NCBI GenBank assembly: GCA_963712275.1
Contig: CAVQHD010000001.1
Location: forward strand, 352,001 to 416,000
Direction of reading: 5' to 3'
Origin: an uncultured Rhabdochlamydiaceae bacterium
GTDB lineage: Bacteria > Chlamydiota > Chlamydiia > Chlamydiales > Rhabdochlamydiaceae
Length of the DNA: 64,000 nt
The notes under the pieces were generated by a model. It did no database searches. It was not told where the DNA came from and saw only the letters and a program-made list of their open reading frames with translations. Shown here in pieces: positions 1 to 9,696 of the stretch (positions are counted from its first letter, which is position 1; every line of letters begins with the position of its first letter). A program made the translations under genes and the position numbers.

Positions 1-1255
1 TGTGGGCAGTCGCTGCCGTCTCGGCTCGTTTTGCTTTTAAGTTGCCCATGAGGCGGCCTCCTTCAAAGACTGGCATATTAATATCCCCTCCAAGAGCCCA
101 GGTTCGGCTGCCTAAAGAAAAGAGGTTTTTGACCATGAGCGACTGAAAGCCTCCGTCTCCAATGAGCGTGATCGTTGGGAAAAAGGAAGCGACGGCAACT
201 CCGATATTGGCAGTTGCTGCCGCTAAATTCCGCTCCACTCTTCGAATATCGGGTCTTCGACGGAGTAGATCGGATCTTAACCCGATGGCAACCGCTTCCG
301 GCACTTTGGGTAAAGGACTGTAGGGTAAAAGTTCGTGGGTGAGGGTTTCAGGAACCTCGCCAACGAGGACAGAGAGCGCATAGATAGCGCGATAAATCTG
401 CGCCTTCACATCGGGAAGGATCGCCCGTTCACTTGCAAGATCTGCCTGAATATTTTCATAGTCAAGACGGCTGACATATCCTGCCTGGAGCTGCTTGTAG
501 ATAATCGCCTCTTTTTGTTCTAAAAGATGGATATTTTCCTCTACTAGCTGAAACTGCCTTTGAAAACTTCTGACCTCCATGTAATTGCGGGCAATCTCTG
601 CCATCACAGAAATGAGGGTATCATTTCTTGCTTCAATCGCACTTCCCACAATCGCATTGGCCGCTTCAACAGCCCTACGGGTTTTTCCAAAGAGGTCAAT
701 CTCCCACGATGCGTCAAAGAGGGCGTTATAGAGGTTTTGAATTTGGGGAACCTGCGCCTGAAAGGGGAGGCCGGAGACTGTCGATACAGTGCCGGGAACA
801 CTGCCAGTACTAGGCCCAATGGCAAAAACGGGGCCATTTTTACTAAAGTAGGTTTTCGTGGCATTGACATCGGCCCCGATTTGTGGAAAGAAGGAGGAGG
901 CTGCAACTTGCCTCAAGGCACGGGCTTGCAAGATATGAGACTCAGCAGTTAGGACATCGTTATTGTACTCGGCTGCCTTTTCGATGTATTTGGTGAGGAG
1001 CGGCTCATCAAACACCTTCCACCACTTGAGCTCTGGAGCCTCGTTTGAAAGCATCTTTGGATGTACCGCCCACGCATCCGACACCGTATTTTCAGGAGGT
1101 TGGTAGTTGGGACCAACAGCGCACCCCGTAAGAAATAAAGTGAGAGCCAGTTGCAAAACTCGCTTTGGGATGCAAATTCGATGGTTTTCTTGCTGATTCG
1201 GTTTTGTCGCAAGTTGACATATTTGCAACTGGCTCGTGAGTAAGATTTTTCTCAT
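1..1255 (-). CDS. Outer-membrane efflux lipoprotein (NodT/OprM-type OMF), partial (runs off window start); carries an in-frame MITE in its signal peptide
   Basis: Not in the ORF track because it is truncated. Manual translation from ATG 1255 gives ...LFLTGCAVGPNYQPP (lipobox); near 160-290 the minus strand reads SDLLRRRPDIRRVERNLAAATANIGVAVASFFP (OEP motif). ATG overlaps the stop of the upstream permease. Confidence 0.9.
   Translation of the reverse strand, partial: MRKILLTSQLQICQLATKPNQQENHRICIPKRVLQLALTLFLTGCAVGPNYQPPENTVSDAWAVHPKMLSNEAPELKWWKVFDEPLLTKYIEKAAEYNNDVLTAESHILQARALRQVAASSFFPQIGADVNATKTYFSKNGPVFAIGPSTGSVPGTVSTVSGLPFQAQVPQIQNLYNALFDASWEIDLFGKTRRAVEAANAIVGSAIEARNDTLISVMAEIARNYMEVRSFQRQFQLVEENIHLLEQKEAIIYKQLQAGYVSRLDYENIQADLASERAILPDVKAQIYRAIYALSVLVGEVPETLTHELLPYSPLPKVPEAVAIGLRSDLLRRRPDIRRVERNLAAATANIGVAVASFFPTITLIGDGGFQSLMVKNLFSLGSRTWALGGDINMPVFEGGRLMGNLKAKRAETAATAH
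1144..1235. mobile_element. 92-bp MITE with 14-bp TIR GAGCCAGTTGCAAA and 4-bp TSD GTGA
   Basis: TIRs at 1144-1157 and 1222-1235; GTGA at 1140-1143 and 1236-1239. Confidence 0.85.
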
Positions 1256-2361
1256 TCGAGTCTCCTACGAAAAAATGCATCGGCGCCGAGGATATTAAAT
1301 AGACTAATCACGATCAGCGGCCACATGTTGTGCAGAACCATTTTTGCCGGCATGGCCTTTAGGAAAAGCCCTTTTGAAATCACCAACATATATTTTAACG
1401 GAATCAGGTAGGTGAAAGGCTGGAGCCACGTGGGCATATTTTCAATAGGTGTTGCAAACCCCGACATCAATACCGATGGCATCATGAAGACAAAGGTGCC
1501 AAGCATTGCTTGCTGTTGAGTTGAAGCAAGTGAAGAGATAAACAGGCCAATACCGCTAATGGAGCAGACAAAGACAAAAAGACTGAGCATATAGAGCAGT
1601 AAAGAACCCGTGAAGGGAACTCCCAAGATTAAGGTCCCGACGGCGAGCATGAAGGCCCCTTCCAAAAATCCAATGATGATACCGGGAATAATTTTCCCAA
1701 TCAAAATTTCAATCGGCACAAGAGGCGAGACAAGGAGTTGATCAAAGGTCCCGAGCTCTCTTTCACGCGCAACCGACTGGGTTGTGACCACCAAACAGGT
1801 GAGCATCGATAAAACGCCGACAAGACAAGGGATATTATACCAAAAATAAAGGGTGTTCGGATTGAACCACGTGCGAGGCACTAAATCGACATTTTGAATT
1901 TTAAGCTCTGCTGCAGCCGTGTAGTCATTATTAAATTGATCGATGATTTGACTCGTGTAGCCAGCCACGATTTGGGCTGTATTCGATTTTCGTCCATCGA
2001 AAATCAACTGGACAATCGCTGGGTTTCCAGCGTCTAGGTTGCGAGAGAACTGTTCATCGATTGAAACCACCATGACCCCTTTTTGAAGATCGACGAAAGG
2101 GGCTATCTCTTCGACGCCTTTCAAAAAAATAATCCGCTGGTTAAAGATCTTGGCTCCATAAAATCTTTCTACAAGCTCAAACCCTTGCTCTCCATTATCC
2201 CGATTGAGAATTCCAATCGGAACATTTTTTACATCGAGCGTTGCGGCAAACGTAAAGATGAATAGCTGAATAATCGGAGGGAGCAAAATCGAAATTCGAA
2301 CCTTCCGATCTCTCAAAACCATCAAAAGTTCTTTCCAAATCAGAGCGGCAATCCGTTTCAA
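1252..2361 (-). CDS. ybhR: ABC-2 permease, YbhR-like
   Basis: Multi-TM protein with SVARERELGTFDQLLVSP motif; operon context. Confidence 0.85.
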   Translation of the reverse strand: MKRIAALIWKELLMVLRDRKVRISILLPPIIQLFIFTFAATLDVKNVPIGILNRDNGEQGFELVERFYGAKIFNQRIIFLKGVEEIAPFVDLQKGVMVVSIDEQFSRNLDAGNPAIVQLIFDGRKSNTAQIVAGYTSQIIDQFNNDYTAAAELKIQNVDLVPRTWFNPNTLYFWYNIPCLVGVLSMLTCLVVTTQSVARERELGTFDQLLVSPLVPIEILIGKIIPGIIIGFLEGAFMLAVGTLILGVPFTGSLLLYMLSLFVFVCSISGIGLFISSLASTQQQAMLGTFVFMMPSVLMSGFATPIENMPTWLQPFTYLIPLKYMLVISKGLFLKAMPAKMVLHNMWPLIVISLFNILGADAFFRRRLE

Positions 2362-3518
2362 TCTAACCTCTTCACCGTTTTAAATGCTGTAATGACAAAA
2401 AAGATGAGTCCGATTGTTGCAATTGCAGCCATGTCCAAAAGTACCAGTTTCCAGACATTGCCCACGAGAAAAAGGGTTTGAAGGCTTTGGACAAAATACT
2501 TGGCCGGAACGATGTACGTTAAAACTTGGATCCAGGGAGGCATGCTGTGAATTTCAAAGAGAAACCCCGACAAGATATACGCAGGCAAAAAAGCGACGAT
2601 CAGCGTAATTTGATAAGCAAAAATCTGGTTTTTAGTAAGCGTCGAAATCATAAGCCCAAGCCCTAAAGAACACCCTAAAAAGACGGCTGATGCAAGAGTG
2701 AGCAGCCAGAGAGAGCCGCGAAGCGGCAGGTCATAGATGAAGACTGAAATAAAAACACAGAGCGCCATTGATACCATCCCAAGGATGAAATAAGGAACAA
2801 CCTTTCCAACCACAAGCTCCCAGATTCCTACTGTCGTCGACATCATTGCTTCCATCGTTCCCCGCTCCCATTCTCTTGCAACGACAAGAGCTGTTAAAAG
2901 AGCGCCGATAAGAGTCATAATAATGGCAAGAGATCCCGACAGCAGAAAAAAGCGGCTCTCAAGCTGCTCGTTATACCAGTAACGGGGCGCGGTGCGAATC
3001 AAGGGAATATTTTTTGAAAACCCTGTTGTGATCGCCTCCTGCGTGAGCCAATTTTGAAATACCCCCAGGGCATAGTTTTGCACAAAGTTGGCGGTATTCG
3101 TCTCGCTTCCATCGGCGATCACCTGAATAGGGGCGATGACATCAGGACGGCTCCGATATTGGGTAAAATAGGAAGGAATGACAAAGATCCCTCGAAGAGA
3201 TCCACGGATGAGATCATCGACAAGCTCCCGTCTGTCGCGCGCAACTTTTACCTCAAAATACCTCGAATCGGTAAGCGCCTGAGCAAACCCTTGCGCATCA
3301 GGAGCTGTATCTTCTAAAACAAGCCCCACTCTCAGGTGATTTAAATCGAGAGAGACTCCATATCCATATAAAAACATCAAGAGAAGAGGAAGAAAGACCG
3401 TGATCAAAAGCGTGCTAGGGTCTCGGATAATTTGAAGAAATTCTTTCCTCATCACCGCTCTTAAACGGCGCGCTCGCCCTTCTCGAACTTCGAGAAGGAG
3501 CTCATGGATTTGCGGCAT
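2358..3518 (-). CDS. ybhS: ABC-2 permease, YbhS-like
   Basis: KEFLQIIRDP and VAREWERGTMEA motifs; operon context. Confidence 0.85.
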   Translation of the reverse strand: MPQIHELLLEVREGRARRLRAVMRKEFLQIIRDPSTLLITVFLPLLLMFLYGYGVSLDLNHLRVGLVLEDTAPDAQGFAQALTDSRYFEVKVARDRRELVDDLIRGSLRGIFVIPSYFTQYRSRPDVIAPIQVIADGSETNTANFVQNYALGVFQNWLTQEAITTGFSKNIPLIRTAPRYWYNEQLESRFFLLSGSLAIIMTLIGALLTALVVAREWERGTMEAMMSTTVGIWELVVGKVVPYFILGMVSMALCVFISVFIYDLPLRGSLWLLTLASAVFLGCSLGLGLMISTLTKNQIFAYQITLIVAFLPAYILSGFLFEIHSMPPWIQVLTYIVPAKYFVQSLQTLFLVGNVWKLVLLDMAAIATIGLIFFVITAFKTVKRLD

Positions 3519-5208
3519 CGTATTTTTCTATCATTTGTACAAATGCATCTTCGAGAGTTGGATTTGGGTTTTGAGGCGATTTTACCCTGTCTTTAAGAGC
3601 ATCCGGAGTATCCATATTGATGATTTTTCCTCGATAAACAAGAGCGACTCGATCGCAGTATTCGGCTTCATCCATGAAATGGGTCGTCACCATAATGGTC
3701 ACTCCTTTACCAACAAGGCCATTGATGTGGTTCCAAAATTCACGTCGCGTGATCGGGTCGACGCCTGAAGTCGGCTCATCGAGAAAAAGCACTCTAGGGT
3801 GGTGCATGTTAGCGCACGCTAAAGCAAGCCGCTGCTTATAACCTAGGGGAAGCATCTCTGCAGTCATCGACAGATAAGGCGTTAAGCCAAAGATTGCAAT
3901 CATTTCATCAATTGCCTCCCACTTCAACCGATTGACGAGATTGTAAATTCCTGCAAAAAAATCAAGATTTTGAGCAACGCTTAAATTCCCATAGAGAGAA
4001 AACTTTTGAGCCATATAGCCGATGTGAGATCTAGCGACAGCACGCGCACTGAGGAGATCGACTCCACTCACAAAAGCCTCTCCCGTTGTAGGGCGAAGAA
4101 GGCCGCACAACATTTTAAATGTGGTCGTCTTCCCAGCACCGTTGGGCCCTAAAAGCCCAAAGATCTCCCCTTTCTTCACTTCAATCGAGATCTTTTCTGC
4201 TGCCGTAAACGATCCAAATTTTTTCGTCAGCTGCTGTGCCAAGATCACGGTTCCTCCGTCATCCTTAATAAATGGCGTTTTTTCAGCGAGCTCCGATTCC
4301 CCTCCAGGGCCTCCTCCTAAAATATCGATAAAGGCATCTTCAAATCTGGGCTGCACCTTCTCCAAGTTCCACTCTTTGGAGGGAGCCTCTCCTTTCCTCA
4401 AGACAATGCGCAGATCGCGCCCTTGAATGACCCCATCCATCACGCTTTTTTCTTTTAATACATCAAATAAAAGCTTCCGTCGATCCCCTTGGATCTGCGT
4501 AATTTTAAAAGTGCGCCCGGAGACACGCTCCGTCAGCTGCTTCGGATTTCCGCAGAATAGCAAAGACCCTTCGTTCAATAACAGAACCGTATGGCACCGC
4601 TCCGCCTCATCTAAATAGGCCGTGCTCCACATAACTGAAATCCCTTCTTCAATCAGATTATAGACCATTGCCCACAGCTCACGCCTAGAGATAGGATCAA
4701 CTCCCACACTCGGCTCGTCTAAGAGAAGGAGCGCAGGTTTTTTGACGAGCGCGCATGCAAGCCCAAGCTTTTGTTTCATCCCTCCTGAGAGCGCTTTGGC
4801 AAACCGATCTGTAAACGAAGTAAGTGCTGTAAATTTTAAAAGCTTTTCAAAAGTCTTCTTCCGCTCCTCTCCTAAAACACCCCTCAGATCGGCGTAGAGG
4901 TTTAAGTTTTGAAGCACCGTCAGATCTTCATAGAGCCCAAATTTTTGGGGCATGTATCCTATGAGATAGTGAATAAAATTGCTATCCCGAATTGTGTCAT
5001 ACCCCTCAATGGTAATTGACCCTTGAGTTGGTTTTAACAACCCCGCAAGAAGACGGATAAGCGTTGTTTTTCCAGCTCCGTCAGGGCCGACAAGTCCAAT
5101 GATCTGCCCCCTTGGAATGGTCGCATGGATCTCTTTAAGCGCCGGCGGCCGGTCCAATGAAAACCGTTTGGAGAGATTCTGAATTGTTGCCAGCGCTTCA
5201 TCTGCCAT
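3502..5208 (-). CDS. ybhF: ABC ATPase with two NBDs, YbhF-like
   Basis: Two Walker A motifs (GPDGAGKT, GPNGAGKT), LSGGMKQ signature, DEP Walker B motifs. Confidence 0.9.
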   Translation of the reverse strand: MADEALATIQNLSKRFSLDRPPALKEIHATIPRGQIIGLVGPDGAGKTTLIRLLAGLLKPTQGSITIEGYDTIRDSNFIHYLIGYMPQKFGLYEDLTVLQNLNLYADLRGVLGEERKKTFEKLLKFTALTSFTDRFAKALSGGMKQKLGLACALVKKPALLLLDEPSVGVDPISRRELWAMVYNLIEEGISVMWSTAYLDEAERCHTVLLLNEGSLLFCGNPKQLTERVSGRTFKITQIQGDRRKLLFDVLKEKSVMDGVIQGRDLRIVLRKGEAPSKEWNLEKVQPRFEDAFIDILGGGPGGESELAEKTPFIKDDGGTVILAQQLTKKFGSFTAAEKISIEVKKGEIFGLLGPNGAGKTTTFKMLCGLLRPTTGEAFVSGVDLLSARAVARSHIGYMAQKFSLYGNLSVAQNLDFFAGIYNLVNRLKWEAIDEMIAIFGLTPYLSMTAEMLPLGYKQRLALACANMHHPRVLFLDEPTSGVDPITRREFWNHINGLVGKGVTIMVTTHFMDEAEYCDRVALVYRGKIINMDTPDALKDRVKSPQNPNPTLEDAFVQMIEKYDAANP

Positions 5209-6049
5209 TAGGGCTCTTAAATAACCTCAGTTTCACCGTCACAGGCATCCCCTGAACAAGTCCCCGATCTGGATTATCAGCATAAATGCGTAGCCGGTAC
5301 ACAAGATCGGTTCTCAGCTGGGCAGTTTCAACTGTTTTAGGGGTGAATTCAGCGACAGGAGAAATGAAGCCAACAGTCCCCGAATAGACAGTCCCATTTT
5401 TAATGTCGGTATAAATTTCAGCCGGCATTCCATAATAAACTTGCCCTAGGTACGGCTCATCCACAAACGCTCGAATCCAGACCGGTGAGCTGACAGAGAG
5501 AGTATAAACAGGGTCGGCAGGATTGACGACTGTTCCAGGCTCCCGGATCCGTGTTAAAATCACCCCGTCCGTTGGCGCATACGCTTGCGTATAAGCCATG
5601 TTATCTTGAGCTACGACCACAGCTGCTTCTGCCTGTAGAAGATTGGCAACTAGCTCGTCCCGATTTGCCCGCGCGTTATCCAGATCCTCCTGAGAAACAC
5701 CCCCAATTCCAATGAGCTCCAGCCGCCTTTGCAATAAAACTTCGGCGTTGCTCAGATTCACTTTGATCGCTTCGACACTTGCAATTGCTTCACGGAGCTG
5801 GCTGTCATAAGGCGTTTGATTCAAGGTCGTCATGAGCGCCCCCGCCTCAACCCGATCCCCTTCTTCGAAAAAGAGCTCCTGCACTTGCCCCGTCACCCGA
5901 AACCCAATGTCGACCTGCCGCACATCGACATTTCCATAGAGGGTGAGTTCATTCGGATTTTCTTTCTCCTGAAATACCACCGTCATCAGCACAACAATTA
6001 CCGCGAGCAAAATTGTCATAATCACAGAGATGGTAATGTTTCGCTTCAT
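5198..6049 (-). CDS. ybhG: HlyD-family periplasmic adaptor, YbhG-like
   Basis: N-terminal TM; LYGNVDVRQV and ISPVAEFTPKTVET motifs; start placed at ATG 6049 after a GGAG RBS. Confidence 0.85.
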   Translation of the reverse strand: MKRNITISVIMTILLAVIVVLMTVVFQEKENPNELTLYGNVDVRQVDIGFRVTGQVQELFFEEGDRVEAGALMTTLNQTPYDSQLREAIASVEAIKVNLSNAEVLLQRRLELIGIGGVSQEDLDNARANRDELVANLLQAEAAVVVAQDNMAYTQAYAPTDGVILTRIREPGTVVNPADPVYTLSVSSPVWIRAFVDEPYLGQVYYGMPAEIYTDIKNGTVYSGTVGFISPVAEFTPKTVETAQLRTDLVYRLRIYADNPDRGLVQGMPVTVKLRLFKSPNGR

Positions 6050-6211
6050 TCTCCTACGTTTATATATATATAAAAAAAATTTCAATCAGGAACTTGTTAG
6101 TGGGAAAAGACTAAGAGTCTGCCTTTTTAAAATATGAATTACCTTGTAAAAGGTGCAAGTTCTGCATAAAAGAACCCCCTAAAATGTGCATTTATTGCAC
6201 AAAACACTACC

Positions 6212-6484
6212 CTATTTTTTAAACTTTGCCCGAATCATGACTCGTTTGCCTTCAAAGGCAAGACCGAGATACAAAATGCAAGTCACGCCTTGATCAAGGA
6301 GCTCCTGCGCATAATGCTTGTCCTCAATCTGCTTGAGTGCGGAAGCAACAGCCATTTCTAAATTGGTCTCCTCAAAACGGCCAACTTTTTTGAACTCTAG
6401 GATAATCCCCAATTCTTTAGGGTCTTTAGGAATGAGCATGACATCATATCGGCCATAACCGCTTTCACGATTAGACTTCACCAC
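6212..6484 (-). pseudogene. C-terminal fragment of an AAA-ATPase/PD-(D/E)XK nuclease protein
   Basis: SNRESGYGRYDVMLIP...IILEFK...ALKQI motif; the N-terminal ATPase part is absent. Confidence 0.75.
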
Positions 6485-6693
6485 ATTTTAATCGTCGTCG
6501 ATTTCCCGGCGCCATTAGGTCCGATAAAAGCAACCCGCTCACCGCTTTTCACTTGAAATGACAGATTTCGAATCGCTAAAACTTCATGTTTCCGAGCGCA
6601 AAACAGCCCTTTGAATGTCCCCCAAATGCCCGGAAATGTCTCATTAGCGATAAAGGTTTTTGAAAGCTGATCGATTTCGATGGCCTTATCCAT
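6478..6693 (-). pseudogene. N-terminal fragment of an ABC ATPase
   Basis: Stops immediately after Walker A ([13 protein letters not shown]); has an RBS and ATG. Confidence 0.8.
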
Positions 6694-6814
6694 AGCATCC
6701 TCTTAGAGACTAATCGTGAACGGACAAATAATTTAACAAAACGATGAGTTTAATTCTATTGAAAATATTACGAGCATTTGCTGAAAATGGATGCAAGAGA
6801 TTTAGGAGCTTAAT

Positions 6815-7285
6815 ATGTTAAGCCAGAGTGCACAGAGTGTACAAGATGCACTGTCAAAAAAAGGTCTTGAAGCTAAGGTCGTTGAGTTGCCTGCAAGCAC
6901 ACGTACAGCAGAAGATGCAGCTAAGACAATTGGGTGTCAAGTTGCACAAATTATTAAATCTCTCATCTTTCGCACAAAGCATACCAACAAAGCCATTCTC
7001 GTTCTTGTAAGCGGGATCAATCGCGTTAACGAAAAAACGGTTGCTAGTCAAGCTGGCGAAGAGATTGTCAAAGCAGATGCAGATTTCACTCGAGAGGTAA
7101 CAGGATTTGCCATTGGGGGCATTCCACCTACTGGGCACAAACAGAAAATTGAAACCTATGTTGATGAAGATCTACTTCAGCACGAGGAATTATGGGCGGC
7201 AGCTGGAACTCCAAATGCTGTTTTCAGCTTGAATTCTGCAGTGATTGAAAGCCTTACGGGAGGTAAGGTCATCTCCATTAAATGA
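6815..7285 (+). CDS. YbaK/EbsC-family aminoacyl-tRNA deacylase
   Basis: QIIKSL, TGFAIGGIPP and WAAAG motifs. Confidence 0.9.
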   Translation: MLSQSAQSVQDALSKKGLEAKVVELPASTRTAEDAAKTIGCQVAQIIKSLIFRTKHTNKAILVLVSGINRVNEKTVASQAGEEIVKADADFTREVTGFAIGGIPPTGHKQKIETYVDEDLLQHEELWAAAGTPNAVFSLNSAVIESLTGGKVISIK

Positions 7286-7767
7286 AAATTGTCGTAAGCT
7301 CAGACGAGTACTCGCCCTTGATCGATCTTCTTCTGTCAGAAGTTAAACAGAGAGGACATACGGTCTCCTATTTGGGCCCCAGTCAAGATGAGAAAGCTTT
7401 AGATTGGCCAGAAGTGACCCTTAGAGCCATTGAACAAATCCGAAAGGGAGAAGCGGATGAAGGGATTATTCTTTGTTGGACAGGCACAGGGTGCACCCTG
7501 ATTGCCAATAAAGTGCCCGGTATTCGGGCTGCCCTATGTGCCGACGCCGAAACAGCAAAAGGAGCGCGCATTTGGAACCATGCGAATGTACTGGGACTCA
7601 GCCTGCGACTGACCTCCGCAGCCACGCTCAAAGAAATTTTAACTGCTTGGTTTGAGACCCCCTATAGCGCTGACGACTGGAATCTTTTACAAATCGAGCG
7701 GATAAAAAACATCGAAACATCTTACCAATTGTGCGAACAAGTAAAAACAGGAGAAATTGGCAAATGA
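7282..7767 (+). CDS. RpiB/LacA/LacB-family sugar-phosphate isomerase
   Basis: CWTGTG, ANKVPGIRAALC and WNHANVL motifs. Confidence 0.88.
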   Translation: MKIVVSSDEYSPLIDLLLSEVKQRGHTVSYLGPSQDEKALDWPEVTLRAIEQIRKGEADEGIILCWTGTGCTLIANKVPGIRAALCADAETAKGARIWNHANVLGLSLRLTSAATLKEILTAWFETPYSADDWNLLQIERIKNIETSYQLCEQVKTGEIGK

Positions 7768-7769
7768 GT

Positions 7770-7871
7770 TCAACATATAGATTCTCTGGCAAGAGCAAGA
7801 GTACGCACCCCTAATTGAGAAAGATCTTTTTTATGCCGTTGTAAAGTTCTCTTAATTTTTTTTAATAACAT
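7770..7871 (-). pseudogene. Remnant of a minimal nucleotidyltransferase (MNT antitoxin-like)
   Basis: MLLKKIKRTLQRHKKDLSQLGVRTLALARE resembles MNT N-termini but lacks the FGS motif and the rest of the domain. Confidence 0.45.
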
Positions 7872-7878
7872 ATTCACC

Positions 7879-8865
7879 TTAGCGATCTTGTTTGATTTCC
7901 TGGCTTGGTTTAAGGAATGCCTGAAGGTGATCAAAAAACTCTTCAGGTTTTTCAACATAGGGAAAATGACCGCAGTTCTTCATCACAACAAATTTAGACT
8001 GGGAAATATTTTTATGAGTATTTTGAGCAGTACTCAGAGGAATTGCATCAACATCCCCATGAATAATCAAAGTTTTACACTTCAGCATTTGAAGGCCACT
8101 TTGCAAATTAAATGGCTGTGAAAAGAAATTTTGGGCTAAAATGCCATATACTTTAGACCCATTTAGGTTAGACCTAGGCGACATTGTCAAGTTGAGATTC
8201 TCAGCTTTTTTAGCATCGAAGCAGTAAGGGCCAAACATAATTCTAAAAAATTTGGCAACCGTTGATGAATCTCCCTCTTTAAAAGCTTGAGAAGCTTCAA
8301 TTCGGTGCATTTCTTCTATGTGAGGAGCCATCCGCTGAGTCCATTCTTTAGCAAACAAAGCATGATCATCTGAACAAGAAGGTGTAGGACTGAGCAAGAT
8401 GAGCTTATCCATCGCTTCTGGATGAGCAATGGCATATTGCATAGATAGAAGACCACCAAATGAGTGCCCAAGGAGGGAAACTTGTTTAAACCCAAATGCT
8501 TTTCGGATCGCGTCTAGATCATTAACAAAGGTGCTCATTTGGATGAATTTGGGATCAACATCACCCGTAGATTCTCCGCTGCCTCTTTGGTCATAGAAAA
8601 TGACGAGGTTATGTTCTGCCAGCTTTTTGAGTTGGGGGAGCAAATAATCTTGAGAAAGGCCAGGACCTCCATGAACAACAATTAACGGTTCTCCTTTTCC
8701 CATGACACGGCAGAATAGTTTGGCCTGATCGACTTCTACAAACGTTTCCTTAACATCACCCGGGAAATTGGGTATATTAAGCTCTTGCTCATTGAGCTTC
8801 TTCGTATCTTGTACGGCGCTTAATACAAGCGGTATAGCAAGAAGACACCAGATAATTTTTTTCAC
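7879..8865 (-). CDS. Secreted alpha/beta hydrolase, proline iminopeptidase-like
   Basis: HGGPG, DQRGSG, GHSFGG nucleophile and GHFP motifs; GTG 8865 follows AGGAGG and opens a signal peptide. Confidence 0.88.
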   Translation of the reverse strand: MKKIIWCLLAIPLVLSAVQDTKKLNEQELNIPNFPGDVKETFVEVDQAKLFCRVMGKGEPLIVVHGGPGLSQDYLLPQLKKLAEHNLVIFYDQRGSGESTGDVDPKFIQMSTFVNDLDAIRKAFGFKQVSLLGHSFGGLLSMQYAIAHPEAMDKLILLSPTPSCSDDHALFAKEWTQRMAPHIEEMHRIEASQAFKEGDSSTVAKFFRIMFGPYCFDAKKAENLNLTMSPRSNLNGSKVYGILAQNFFSQPFNLQSGLQMLKCKTLIIHGDVDAIPLSTAQNTHKNISQSKFVVMKNCGHFPYVEKPEEFFDHLQAFLKPSQEIKQDR

Positions 8866-8936
8866 AGATCCTCCTATGAAATATAGACCCCAGTTTACGC
8901 TTCTAGAGGTAAAATTGTCCAATCTATAGTATTTCT

Positions 8937-9668
8937 CTAAGCAAAATCTAACAGCAAGGGGCAATGATCGGAGACCTCGTCTTTTAAGACTTCAAAATGG
9001 TTGACGGTGACTTTAGAGGTGAGAATATAATCGGCAAATTGTTCCTTTTTTTCCTTTGGATAAAAGCTCGTACGTGTCGAGGCGACGTTATAAGTTCGAA
9101 TCAAATTGCTCATGCCCTGCTCGAGAATTTTCATGCTTTCCGTATCGGGCCGTAAATTGAAATCGCCGCATATGATTTTAGGCGCATCGATGCCGTCCGT
9201 AAACTCTCTAATTTTTCGAGACTGCGCAATTCTTTCTGGGGCATCTGCTTTACCCATTCCGTTCCAGAGACCATGGACATTTATGATGACGTGATTTTGA
9301 TTGTTGATACGACATTCCACCCACTGTAAATTTCTAGAATGTGTGGGGCCAAGCCCTTGATAATCAGGATTGTGGTGGATCATGACTTCTCCTTCCCCAA
9401 ACAGATCAATATCACTTTTAATGAACATGCCGATGCCATAGATATTGCCTACAACAGGTCTGAAAAATGACCGATGGCACGAAAGCAGCGCTTGCAGTTC
9501 TGAAAAGATGTTCAGACTAACAGCTCTATCTTCCGTTGATATCTTCTTCGGGGCGTTATGATAAACCTCTTGAAAACAGAAAATATCAATTTCTCGATGG
9601 GCCCTGATGAATTTTAAAAGAGGATCGCGTACATGCCCGCCCCAGATGTTGAGCGTAATAAGTTTCAT
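8937..9668 (-). CDS. Endonuclease/exonuclease/phosphatase (EEP) family protein
   Basis: TLNIW, FQEV, GDFN and SDH motifs; start placed at MKLITLN. Confidence 0.88.
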   Translation of the reverse strand: MKLITLNIWGGHVRDPLLKFIRAHREIDIFCFQEVYHNAPKKISTEDRAVSLNIFSELQALLSCHRSFFRPVVGNIYGIGMFIKSDIDLFGEGEVMIHHNPDYQGLGPTHSRNLQWVECRINNQNHVIINVHGLWNGMGKADAPERIAQSRKIREFTDGIDAPKIICGDFNLRPDTESMKILEQGMSNLIRTYNVASTRTSFYPKEKKEQFADYILTSKVTVNHFEVLKDEVSDHCPLLLDFA

Positions 9669-9696
9669 CCAAACACCAACATTGACATCCTTTGCA

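Noticed and set aside
6061..6080. (TA)6 plus A-run upstream of ybhG as a phase-variation site
   Set aside because: Short tract in AT-rich intergenic DNA with no evidence of variability.
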